Part shown: positions 34,046 to 47,200 of the stretch, one piece after another
Layout of the letters: the number at the start of each line of letters is the position of its first letter
Numbering within the stretch: the stretch's first letter is position 1
DNA from: Bugula neritina
Lineage: Eukaryota; Animalia; Bryozoa
Assembly: GCA_964035545.1 (NCBI GenBank)
Contig: OZ037766.1
Span: 16,792,722 to 16,856,721 of the forward strand
Reading direction: 5' to 3'
Length of the DNA: 64,000 nucleotides
Notes under the pieces: model-generated
Seen by the model: only the letters and a program-made list of their open reading frames with translations
Database searches by the model: none
What the model was told of the DNA's origin: nothing
Position numbers and translations under genes: made by a program

Positions 34046-35213
34046 TAAAAGAATAAATATCAAATATACTAATAATTATAATCGTAATGTATGTTCATTA
34101 TGATTGTCGTGATGATTTACAGATTATCCTTAGATTATATTCAATTTTATAGTGTCAATAATGTTCATTATGATTACAGTATTTTATTAATTATTATTTA
34201 TGGTCCTGAATTTAGATAGTACGTCTAGTAGCACTAGTAGACATATAGTATAGTAAATGCTAGAGTCATAATTAAAGTCAAAGCCATGCACTCATAGTAA
34301 TAATGATACTGTTTATTGTGAAAGTCTGACTAAAACTTAGCATTATAGTAACCATTAAACAATCAGACTATCACTATCAATACTAGCTTTCTGTTATCAT
34401 AATTAAAGCTAAATTATTTCATCAGGCCCATGGCTGGCCCACCGCTGAAGTCTATGGTTATCATTGTGATAAGAAGAGTGACACTTGACAGTCTAGGACC
34501 TAGGTCTATCCAACTAGGCTCAAGCTAATATCATTGATATTGTTGTGTTTGCAATTGTATCCTAATTAAAAATTGATTAATTAAATAATTATTTTATATT
34601 AACTTGCACTTCATCTGTGTTGCCTATTTTCACTGTGACTTGTATGGGTTGCAGATCTGTTATCTGTATCACAATTAATCATTTAATTAGACAATCGAAG
34701 ATTTTATAGTAAATGATATTATTGGTTTTATCATTTTTAAACACAATATTTTAACTGCGATTTTAGTGATGAAACTTATGATATTTGTATATGTATATGC
34801 CTCTGAATTGGAGTTAATTGGATCCAGACCCTTTTATACTGATCCAAAATGACTAATACTTATTTTTTGTTTAAAATAACTTAAGCTAAATAGTAAAATA
34901 AGGAAGAAATTTTTGTAATCAATTGGAATGTTTTATGTGCAGTATAATCAGCAAATATACTGCATGCCCATCTCATGTTTTTCTTTAAAGTCCTCTGTTT
35001 CTACATGTCCTTTATGCTTATTACACAATTCATAACTAGATACTAACAAAATGTAATACTAGTGATTGGTATGATTGGTTGAAGGACTCACAATAAGCCT
35101 TTATAGATACTCAGCTCAGGTTCTCTATAAAATAATGCATCATATATTTACTGTTAGTACTATTAAAACCTTTTCTTAAATTGTAACTTTCTTGGTTTAG
35201 TGGCGACTAAGTC

Positions 35214-38200
35214 ATGGATGTTGACAAAAGTCGGAGTGGTTATAAGAAAGACCACATTAGTGCTCGAAAGAAACGCAACATGAGCCGGAGGCTCTACACT
35301 GGTGATAATGCGGTCAAGATGATTGCTAAAACTATTGACGACGCGGACCAGCTGTATGCCTATAATATTGTCAATTACAAAGTTAGTTTTATATTATTAT
35401 TCTCTTTACTTAGTTGCTTAGTGCAGTATTTCAAGGAAAAAAGCACCGGAGTTAGAGTTGATGATTATAGTGTATTGTTTATTTTAGTTATCCTATTTCT
35501 GACTTCCATGTCTTTCAATTTTGTTCACTGCTTGATGACAGGTTACAGAGCTTATTTCAGAGGTTTCTTACTCCTCAGCACAAAAAGCTGCTGTCATGGA
35601 CTCATTTCAGAAACTTGAAAAGCTATTAATGTCAGCAGGAAATTCTATGCCTTCTCAGGTGCTGTAATATTTCTATACTATATGTAGTCTGCCTGTAAAG
35701 ATTTCAAAATGTATGCTTCTTGCTTTACTGATTTTTTATTAGCTTTATGGCGATTTTATATTCATATACTGTAATTTGGAAACGATATTTGTCTTTATTG
35801 GTTTGGAGAAGGCCAAGTCGATAATTTTTGTATTGTACTTCGCTGTTTTGTAACTATCCCTTCTATGCTCTGTTTATAGATCGGTTTTAAAGTTGATTCT
35901 AGATAAAATTTTTAGAAAAGCTAGTCTGGAACGCCCCACGAATTTATCAGAGACACAACCTACAAGGATTTCTTTGTTTTAGCAAATGTTTTTAGCTGTC
36001 CATTCAAACTTATATTGTGTGTTCTACTATTTTCACTGATGTGTACTATTTTAGGTACTAAAACAGGTTTCTGCACCCCCAAGAATGTCATTAAAAGATA
36101 TTGAAGACGTGATATGTGGTTTAGAGTTTATGCCCCCTGTCAGTGTTGATATATGTGGCTCATTCACCTCAGGCTTAGCCCTCAGATCTACTACTATGGT
36201 AGATGTTCGTCTGATAATACCAAAGGTTTGTGCTATATGGAGTTATCTTCTCTATAATATTTATGTATTGGTTTTAAAATAAAAATATAATATCTGCAAT
36301 ATTACACTTCTCTTTGTGTTCAAACAGCAGACCCTTTTTCTGAAGTCTGCATAAAAGTATAGATTTGCTATCAATGATTTCTGGCGCTTACTTTCATCAT
36401 AAGATATGTGGGTTTTCGGTAGAAATATTATTCGAAAAAAGACTATTTGGACCAGAGATGGTTGGTGAAGAAAGCTTACTACGCTGCTATTCTGTTAGAC
36501 TACCTTTCAGCACACAGTGGAGACCAATATACTTCATACTATGCTTGTCCTAATGATAACCCTTTAGATATTCTCCTCCATATCAGCTGTAAAAGTGAGT
36601 ATAAAATCAAAACTGCTGAAAACTGTAGAAATTCACCTCCAGCAAACTTTCTGTTAAAGAAAGTTTGAATATATTGTTGCAATAACTTAGTGATTATATG
36701 TCTAATATTCCTTTAGATGTGTACCTGGTAGACAACATTTGATGGTAGCTTTACTATCTGTATAGAGTTTTCTTCACTGTTTAGGTTCTGTCACATTTCG
36801 GGTATTTCTGCAAGTTGAGCGAAATGCATTTCTCAAAAAGTTTCTAGCACCACACAGGAGTAATGTTGATGGGAAAAAGCTAGGCATTCAGGTTGAAGAA
36901 GGTATGTCAGTTCTTACTGTAATGAAAAAAATCGTTGAGGGTCTTCTGTGATGCTGAGATGTGCTTTCCTGCTCTTCGGTATAGCCAATACCTTCAGTAC
37001 AGTCACTGCTGTTAGTACAGTCAGTGGCTCAGTGTTTTTAGTACACTTGATACCTCAGTAATGCTTTGTTATAATGCAGGTATCGCTACAAACATAGATT
37101 ATAAGAATTGTACGGCCTGTTTTTCAATACAAAACGCCATAGTGCTATTAGTCACAGTGATGTCAATTATTGATATTGAATAAAAAGATATTTCATCTTA
37201 AAAAAAAGTATTATGATGAAATGGTTTTATTGGTACTAATGTTGTGGTAGTATTTTAGATGACAACCATTATAATAAAACTAATAATCGTGGTAATGAGA
37301 ATATTAGTCAAAAAATATTAACAGGGCAGGCTTCAAGTCACTTTTAGTTAACTTAAATATTTGTTGATTCCTAACTTAATTGCTTGAATCTTCTGAATTC
37401 TAATTAGCTTTTTAAAGCGACTAGACTCAACTCATTGCTTAATTGACCTTAGTTAAAAGTGTCAAATAACTTGATTTGAAAATGATAAACGATTAATTGC
37501 AGGCTTTTAAAGTTTAAAAATTCCCAAATTGTGGATTTATTTGAAAAGCAAAATATTTTGTTAGATGACGGTTAGAAGTGATGTTGTGATGTTTGTCAAT
37601 TTGTTGCTTTGCTCTAGAGTTTAGAATTATGCTCTACACAACTTCAATTCAGTAAAAATAATTTAAGCCTAATGTTCTTTATTATTATAAACAGTAGAGT
37701 GTAGACCCTTTTCCAATGCCCCAGGTACCCAATTTATAATTGAGAGTTGTGTCTTCTTAGCAGAGATATAGTTAAGCCGTAACATAGAAAGCAAACTCAT
37801 TAATAATTTTCAAGTTTGACTGCTACATAAAACCCAACTATGCTATAGAATTGTTCTTTTAGAAGATAAATATTTTGGTAATGGCACACATATTGGCTGT
37901 TCAAAAAATTTTGATCGATATTTCTTCATGAAAATTTAAAAAAATCTCGAAAACATTCTTTTAGTTTTGGTAATTGAGCAATGCTGAAGTGGCAGCTAGG
38001 ATATAGATAAAGACTTTCAAGCTTGTGTGATGGTAGTAGTATTCACAGTTTATGTGCTAACATGTTTTTAATTTAAAGGTGTTGATATCCCCACGCCACT
38101 ATACAACCATGTGTTATCAACCAATCAGATGTATGGATCAGGTGAACAGCTGGTTGCTGATTGGGTAAAAGAAAGTGATGTCATCAAGCAGTGCATGATG

Positions 38201-41200
38201 CTCACTAAAATATGGATGCACCAAAGAGACTTAGATGAGGTTTGTAGCTAGTTATCCAATATATTTTTTGCATAGGAATTTAGTGTCTGTACACATAGTT
38301 TGGCATCTTATTTGTTATGTTAGTAAAAACACACGTGATTTTATGGATACCTCAGAATTATGTTTATAAAAAGTTAATTATAAAGGTTGTCTGAATTTTT
38401 TTTATTGTGACCATCCTTGTAGATTATATAGCATGAGTAGAGCTTTTGAAACCTATTTGTTCAAATTCCAATAAATATTGCCATGTTCATGAAAAAATTT
38501 AAAGTGCATCAATTCTCATGCCTGAAGTGCCATTTACAAAGCTGTGTAACAGTAACATGCATTACTGAGTACATTTCTGGTAATCCTTAATAGTTTGATG
38601 CACTTGATGAGTTGCAATTACACTCAGATAATAAGTGGCGATGATTCCTAATTTAGCCAACTACCTCATGACTGATTTTAAAGATTATATATGTCTTGGA
38701 GTAAGTGAATTATGCAATGAGCTGTTTGGAGTTGTGTTCTTTCACATTCTTTTATACTTGCGGGTTTTACAATACATTGAAAATCTATAGCTAGAAAGCT
38801 TAATACAAGATATTGGAGATATATGCAAGTTTGATAATTTCAAAAGATCCTCAATAATAATAATTTGCAGGCTTCAAAATTAACATGTTCAATATACACT
38901 CTAAACTAAGAAATGTGAATCCAATAGGATAGATGAAAGATGTCATATTTGCAAATATTATAATATTAGGATTATTAAAAGATAAGTTTGATAAATGTGC
39001 TAAAAATTTGACATGCAAGCTTAATTTGTGGTGTGTATTCATTTAGTTATAAAAATTACCCAAAATGTAATACCAGAATTTAGATTTTCAATTTTTTTTA
39101 CAGATTTTAACGCAAACTGCTTGCAGCTCGTAGTCCATGTTATATAGTCGCATGTTTTTACTCTATCTGCTAGGTGTGTGTCACTTACTCACGTGTGTTT
39201 ATATTATCCCTTCTTTATTATTCAGGGGTTTCAATGTCTAAACACATTCACTCTACGGATGTTCATGATTTATTTACTTCGGAATCGCCAGCTACCATAT
39301 CACACTTCTGCCCATCGCATGTTCCTCGCCTTCTTACAGAAAATAGGTATGACTGCTGTGATCGCTGGAGAGCTGATCATTCAGGGCTGTAAAATATTAG
39401 TATTGTGTTGCTCACCATGAAGTAGTTTGACACTTCAATTCATTACCCTATTTATTACTTTATAAAACAATGAAAGTTTTCTGTAACTTTACTGTATGTC
39501 AGCTTATTAAATAGAAATCAACTGTTCCAATTCTTTGAGAGTAAACTCATTGCTAAGAATAACTAGTCTGTACCTCAATGGATCGATCACTCATATATTG
39601 TTAATATCTGCGGCATTTAGACCATCACAGTGTTCAAATTATAGAAATTCAAGTAGAAAACAATTCCAAGATGTTCACCTCTGTTGTTAATTGTTATTGC
39701 TGTACAGTTGATTTTATTCTATTTTTCATCTGATGACAATAATCAGTAGTTATAATGTTTTGTAGTATCGTTTGACTGGACAGTACCATTTAGTCTGAAA
39801 GAAGATATCACAACAGAGTGCCTTGATGGTCACAAGAAAGTGTCTGAAATTGTTTTTATGGACCCGACAGGATTTGTCAATTACTGTGCTGCTGTGTCCT
39901 TGACATCTCTAGATCAGGTACTTGGCAGCGAGTGTTCTTCCCTAACTTTTCTGGTGGTGTTTGCACTCTTTTCACTTTGTATTTTGATGTTTTACCCTGA
40001 TTGTACTAAGTTCAATTTGTGTAATCAAGGCAAAAATAATCAAGTATAAAGTTTCATAGGATCCTTGTTTTGTGGCACATGCAATTATTTATATGTGTAG
40101 CTGAAACTTCATGCTGGGGAGACCGCAGAGTTCATTCTAAGAGATGAAGATGGCTCATTTGAGGATACTTTTATCAAGAGAATACCGCCTCACCTGTACT
40201 ATGACCATTATGTTAGGTGGGTTGGAAAATAACTGCATATGTAATTCAGCATTAAATAGATTTTTCATGTTTCTTGTTGCCTATTGGTCAAAACGGATTT
40301 TAGATAGTAGTATACGCGGAAGCAATTTTTTTATACTTTGAGTCCTGTTTGGGTATTCGTGCATATATTCTAACTGCTTCGGCTGGTTTAAGGGTAGGTT
40401 TAAAGGTTGGACATCTTATGTTGCTCGTTGTGAATAAGACTCTATGATATATCGCACCAATCTTGTCTGGTGATGGTAGTGAAGTGAAGTATTGCTTACC
40501 ATTGCTATGCAAGTTGCCACTACGTAGAGAAGCCTGTCTATGCGTATTTATAAACTAAATACCGCAATTATGAAATAATAGCGCATATACTCAAATTTTG
40601 TTTAGGATTGATGATGTTTCTAAACTCTCCTGTAAAGATGTAAGCAGATATGTTGATAGCTGTGGTGATGCAGTATACAGCTGTCTTCCAAACATACTTG
40701 ATATTTTGAAAGAAGGCCTGGGTAACCGGATAACCAATGTTGGTGTGTCACCAGTGCGACGAGTTGTTGTAAGTCTATGCTATATCCTTAAACTGTGTTA
40801 TACTCGCAACTAGATTATCTATTATGAACTTTGCTGGTGACAACATTTTTCTAGAGTTTTTCCTGGTTCTTTCATATGCAAGGGTGAGCAACTTTAAAGA
40901 GTGCCAGTCCTTTACTATTCGTGTTAACTTTATTTTTGGGTCTAAGAATTCTTCAAAATAGTTAGCAAAAAATCATCAGCTTTTTGTTTGCACACTTATA
41001 AGAACTTTGAATCCAGTTGGAAACCAACATTGACTTGTGAACTCTACTACCAATATTATTACACTGAGATGAGTTGTTTAGTTTACTAGAAAAGTTTTGA
41101 AAAGCCAGATGCCAATTAAATTTGATTTGCAACACTCGAGACCTAACTCGTGTCTATATCTCCCTACCTGGATATGTTGTTCCACTCTTAGATGCCCGTA

Positions 41201-44200
41201 AACTGCAAACAGCCTTTCTCAAGAGATCCGGTAAAGGATATACTAGTCATTAGATTCCATGTAAACCCGGATTCTATCAACAACACCCTTGAGAGGGGGC
41301 CCCCGGCAGATGACCCTGCTGCTGCAAAGTTCAGAGAGTTCTGGGGTGAGAGGGCGGAGCTGAGGAGGTTTATGGACGGCGCCATATGTGAGGCGGTTTT
41401 CTGGGAGGCTAGCACTGCGGCCGACAAAAGAGTCATCTATGGAGAAATCTTGTCTCATTTACTCAGTTTGTAAGTTGATGTCTTTAGCTTTCTAGTGAAC
41501 TTCTTTGTTAGAATGGTTTGGATGTATGAAGAGCACCCTTCCTTCACTCATGTCACAGAATAGTAGTTCTCACTCAATCACCTCCATAAAGGTTCTTAAA
41601 TGCCTAGTCTGATAGATATGTTAGCACCGTGTTAGCTTATAACTAGTTTATAGTCAAGAGATCTCTTGTGTCTTGACTCTTGAAGTAAGACTATACTTAT
41701 TATGTAGATTATGGATCATGATATGATACACTTATAAATGTTTATAGTAAAAACTTACCTGCAAACAATCTGTTTTGACTTTGTAAAACCTTAAAAACTG
41801 CTTTCAAGTTATGACTCATGCTCGTAAATTTATGCAAAGGCTGTACTAGAAAATAGATGATAATCTAACAATATAAAAGTAGATTATTAATAGAACTTAT
41901 CAAAGCAAGATATTCATGGCACTTCAGCATGCCATCAAAAATATCGTATGAAGAACAGAGTTGTGTGATATTGCGAAGTACTTACTAATTATTGTTGATA
42001 TTCAAAAAATTTAATGTAGCAAATTTTGTGATGTATCATTTAGCTTGTTGCTTTGTAATTGTCAACTTGTTCTATTCTGAATCACGTCTATGTATGAGCC
42101 AAATGGCGTGTTTATCATTTACTGTGAAATAAAGTCAATAACTGCTGGATTTACCTTACTTTTAAAGACACAATTTTCAAACAGAATCTTCATATCTTTA
42201 AAGTACAGGATTGAATATAAGATATTAGAAAATGTTGGCACGCATGCAAATTAGATCATTTCAGCATCACAGTTTCAACCGTCAAGTGAGATGTTTGTTG
42301 CAGGCACTGCGGCATCAGAGAGGAGGTGCTGACTTACAGTGCAAACAAACTCTCCTCTGTGTTGGAGTACGACGGGTTCAAGGAGCGGAGACATCTGGTG
42401 ACCGGTGAGGAGGAGGCAACCCACTTCCAGTCAGTCTACTTTAAGTTGAGCAAACATCTCCGAGCTCTCAAATCACTTCCTCTCGGTGTCACTGATGTAC
42501 TCGGAGTGGGTCCTGCGTGTAGAAACACAAAGGTAGGCCTTGTTAACTTCATTCCATTGTTTAGTCTAGGTTTCCAGAGTTCAGCTAAGGGGGGGGGGGG
42601 GCTACACAAGCCTCCTTACGTTGTTCTTGTAGCTTTCTTTGTGGATGCATTGTTTCTTTTATTCCTCTCTTGTTTCATTTCAGCTGTATGCCCCGCCAGT
42701 TACAAACTACATATCTAGGAAACAGTGTGCCACATTCAACCCTCAGAAAAGTGAGTTAATTTATCTTTTTAATACAAATATAATTGGGTGGAACTACTTT
42801 ATTCTAAAACTTAGATTGGCCATATCTGTGTTATGAATTGTATTTTGTATATGCTACAGCATAAATTTATAATATATATGTGCTGATGTTCACACTTGAA
42901 TTTTCTGTGCTACAGTTTGCATCTGTTGCTCACTTTTATAACAACAGTTATGTGCAAACATTTATTTTATAGCAGTTTAAAGTTACATATTGGTATAATT
43001 TGCTATATGCATGGCCTTGTATTCCATAGTAATATGCGTTATGGAAGGGTCCAAGTGGCCGGACAGTGAAGATTTTGAGGCTATAGACACACTAAAGATG
43101 CTAATTGCCATAAAGATGAAAGAATCACTAAATGCATTAGATTCTGTAAAGGCGTTTGTCCGACAGGGGTATCTGACTGTTTTTATGGTAAAACATTTTG
43201 TCTGTAATTTCAACCTCCAACTTTCTGTTCTAACCTCGAAGGATAATGTATAATTGTATATTTTTATTGTTTTTGCATTGTTGAAACTTGATTTTGACTT
43301 GTATGTTTACATGTGTGTTAAATATAAAACATGTGTGAGCATGCGTATGTGTTTAATATGTATATATGTATGTGTGCTAAATATATAATACATGTATATG
43401 TATGTATGTGTTTAGTCTATAATATGTATACATGTATGTATGTATGTGTTTGATATATAATGTGTATGTATGTGGTAAATATATAATATGTGTATAAGTG
43501 GGTGTGGCAAATTTATAATATGTGGATGTGTGTTGAATATATAATATGTTTATATGACTATATGTGTACGTAATTATAGGAACAGCACCAATTTGATATC
43601 TCTATAATGAACGTAGGAGAGCTAATCAAGTTGAGAAATAATCACACAACTCCGAAATTACAGCATCAGTTCACCGACTCTGTGATTCTTCCCAACTTAA
43701 CTAGTCTGCTGAATGGGTAGGATTTGTAACTCTCAAGTACACAAGTACTACTGTCTTGGTAATAGGCAGCTATACTGTACGGTCTGGCCGTGATATCCAC
43801 AGCTAAAGTGCTTTTTGAGAATCAATTTTAAGTATAATGAATTTAAATTATACTGAAAATCATATTGGATGCATGGTTTGCCAGCTTTCTGAATAGTCAT
43901 TCTGACCTATGACCTACTGGCTTAACGTCATGTGACCATGCTAGACCAGTGCTCCTAGTTTCTAGAATATAGACCCTGCCTGCTGCTTAATTCCATCACA
44001 TTTGGAAAATGATTGACGTTTCTCATCTCTATTCTAATAAGCTACAGATTCTGCGACTAGCTGGGAAGCCACAAGGCTGCATCTAAACAACAGGCAATGG
44101 ACAGTATGCAATGTATAGTGTAGCTGCAGCTAGAGTTCTGACTGAGTGACATGAACTGTATCTAAACTGGTTATGTGCTCTCACTGTATCTTATATTATA

Positions 44201-47200
44201 CTTTATAAACCATGTGTGCTCTTAGGTTACAGTCTCAACATGCTACTTATGCTACGGCAGCAAGGCTGTTGAAGAGGTTTTTTGGCTCTCATATGCTGAC
44301 ATCACTTCTACCTGAACCAATCACTGATCTTATTGCTGCCTCCGTCTATTTAGACGCTAAACCCTACCAGGCTCCTAGGTAAGTGCATGGATTGGTTATT
44401 AAGCCTTAGCTCATTTACTAAGTATATCAGGTGGGGGGGGGGGGGCAAGTTCAACTAACAGGGCAAGAATGTATTTATCATGGGGCTAACTTCTTAGTGT
44501 TGAATAGCTTCAAGTTTTATAAAGAATTTTTTTTCTAGTTTATTGGAAAGTTTAGTGCTATTCAAAGTTGTCTTCTCGTTGATGAAACTTGGTGTTTAGC
44601 TTAGCATGCATCAGCACCAAGATGGTTACTCTAATGTTTTTGAATTTACATCCGAAATCTTGCAAGAAAATATCCATGTGCATTTCATATTCAGACAATG
44701 TTTTGTTTCTTTTCTAATCATATATACTGTGTTGAGCAGCCTGTATGGTGACTTAATGGTGTGTTTTACAGGTGCGAGATGGTGGCCTTTTTCAGGTGTT
44801 TGCACCTCATAGCTAACCATGACTGGGCTAATAATCCACTGGTGATAAATTTCCACGAGGAAATTAATGGTAGGTGAACACAACTACATGTAGCATAGCA
44901 TAGTATGCAGCAAATACTTAGATCTTATTATAACTAGGGGTAGGGGTAGGGGTAAAGGGCATGTTAACAGTACTAACATGTATGTATCAATAGTCAGCAA
45001 CTGAGTATTTCTATACGGGTAAATATCTCGATGTCAGCATAAAATAGTTGTTAGTTAATTTACAAGACTGAAGCAATGTATCTAGAAGACCATAGTCTAC
45101 ACTCTACCCTATAGGCTCTATAGTACCAGCTAGCCTTATTACATACAAAGTTTGGCTATGGTTCACCTCCCTCTCTCCATCTGCTACAGAAAGTAAGTAA
45201 GCTAAGAAAGGGTTTGCAACGATTCTGTATGTGTTACAAAAATTAATTAGCTGTACATTTATGTTGGGTCCAGTAAATTTTTTTCAAGTGTGCTTCAAAC
45301 ACTATATTTAATCAGACATTAGTGACTTTGTGAAGTTATATACCTAATGAATGGTCACCCACTTTCTGAGGCCATCTACTGATCAGTAATAGCAGCACAT
45401 GCTTCCACCCTGGAATGCACCATGTCATTGGCTACTTGGTCTGCTGCTGGTTATTTATTTCCTGTTTGATATGTCCATACTTTTTGTCCATTAAATTACT
45501 CTGCTTTGTTTCAATATAATGCTGTTTTATTAACTAATTTATTTGGCATCCTTGTTTGAAAAATAACAAATTTTATTAAAACCTGGCTAGTCATTTGAAG
45601 TGCTGTGATAGGTTTATGATGCATACATTTGTGGGCAGGGGAGGGGTAATTCCTTAGCAATAATTCCAACAGAGTAGTATATATGTACATCCTCACATTA
45701 TTTTATAATAGGAGTATACGTAACTCTTTCACTAGAACTTGGACGTGCTTTTCTCTTTACCTTTATTCTAAATCATTTAGTTGCTAATACTTGTAATTGT
45801 TTGAAAGTAAAATCTTGTGTAACACTATTTCAATACTTGGCAGTATTTAAAGCATTAGGTCCCTAGATAATTGAGTCCTTTCATTCCGCCAATGGCTAAA
45901 ATACTATCATCTTGTGCTGCATATCGTTGGCTGGGAATGCCTGTGGCATCCACTCTCTCCCTCAAGAGTTGAGAAAACAAACAAAAACATTCAAGTTGCT
46001 CAACACTTATTATTTATTTATGAATTTGTAATTGAATTTTGCTCATAACATAAAAATCAGGTTATTGCCATGACGTAAAGCCAACAATGAAACATGGGAT
46101 TGCAATTTTTGTTCAATCTAATGCTTTAGACTAGTTTAAATTGCTATTTCATTTTTAAAATTTGCATAATCTGATAACTGTAACATTCTAACTTCAAGTG
46201 CCTATCAGCATATGAATTGATTTAATAAATGACAGTTTGGTCAGAAAGAGTGGGCAGGGGTTACCTGTGAAAGCATTACTCAAGTATTCTAAAGACTCAC
46301 TAGTTGACTAGAATGGTGGAGGTCCAACTGTGATTCTCTAATAGTGTTATGTAGGTAATAGCTGTGTCAATAATTTTCATATGTTAACTACCTCTCCTTT
46401 GAAATAATTATAATTTATACACTTGCAAGAATTTCTGCTACTTGCTTTATACAAGTATGCATAATAATATTTTAATGCCACAAATATACTGGGAGTAAAA
46501 GTTTCATCATTAATGTTCAAGCAATAAGTATGTTGCTGTGATATGAAAAATCTAGAGTTTAGTTGCTCATTTGATATCAAATCTATGCCAGTATTATTCT
46601 AAATCTTTAGAGAATCAAAGTCTCTACCAGTCTAGCCAAGTGTCTACACCTTTTATGCCTGTCTTTATATAGAAGATGCATTAACTGAAATAATGGAGAA
46701 GTTCAGACTACATCGTCACGAGTACCCGTGCCTCTCACTCGTTACACCAATAGACAGGAAGTCTATTCTCACCAAACCTGTTATGCCGTTCATGATGAAG
46801 TTAGTGAGGGATATCGCTACCTTCAGTCTGCAAAGTGTTGAAAATGTCTCCCTTGCCAAAGATCTAGCCAGTTCTCAAGCTGTGGTTAGTATGGCAGTAT
46901 TTGAAGGTTTGGATAATGAGAATGTGCCAGTAATGTTAGCATGTATTTGACGGTATCATGCTCAATGTGCTTTTGGGAGTAGAACCAGGAAATGCTAATA
47001 TAAAAATGTTGATGGTTTTCTAGCTGCATTAGACAGCTATTAGAAGTCTTTTATACTACCTCTTTCCTTGACGGCGCCATTTTTCTTGATTGGGCTAATG
47101 CATGGTCTCACACTAACACTGCAGCTCAAAGCACATTCTTAGCTCCCTTATTAACTTAGATTTACCTGTTTTTATCCGCTCTTTGTATATAAATCAGCTA

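Noticed and set aside
34766-34842. C/D-box snoRNA-like motif pair (GTGATGA...CTGA) upstream of the NOL6 ATG exon
   Set aside because: No proper terminal stem and no rRNA/snRNA-complementary guide that I can recognise. snoscan/Infernal would be needed.
38604-38675. Second C/D-like arrangement in a NOL6 intron, also containing a let-7 seed match (CTACCTCA)
   Set aside because: Imperfect C box, no convincing guide or stem. The antisense strand matches let-7 only over its first 9-12 nt, and I see no precursor hairpin.
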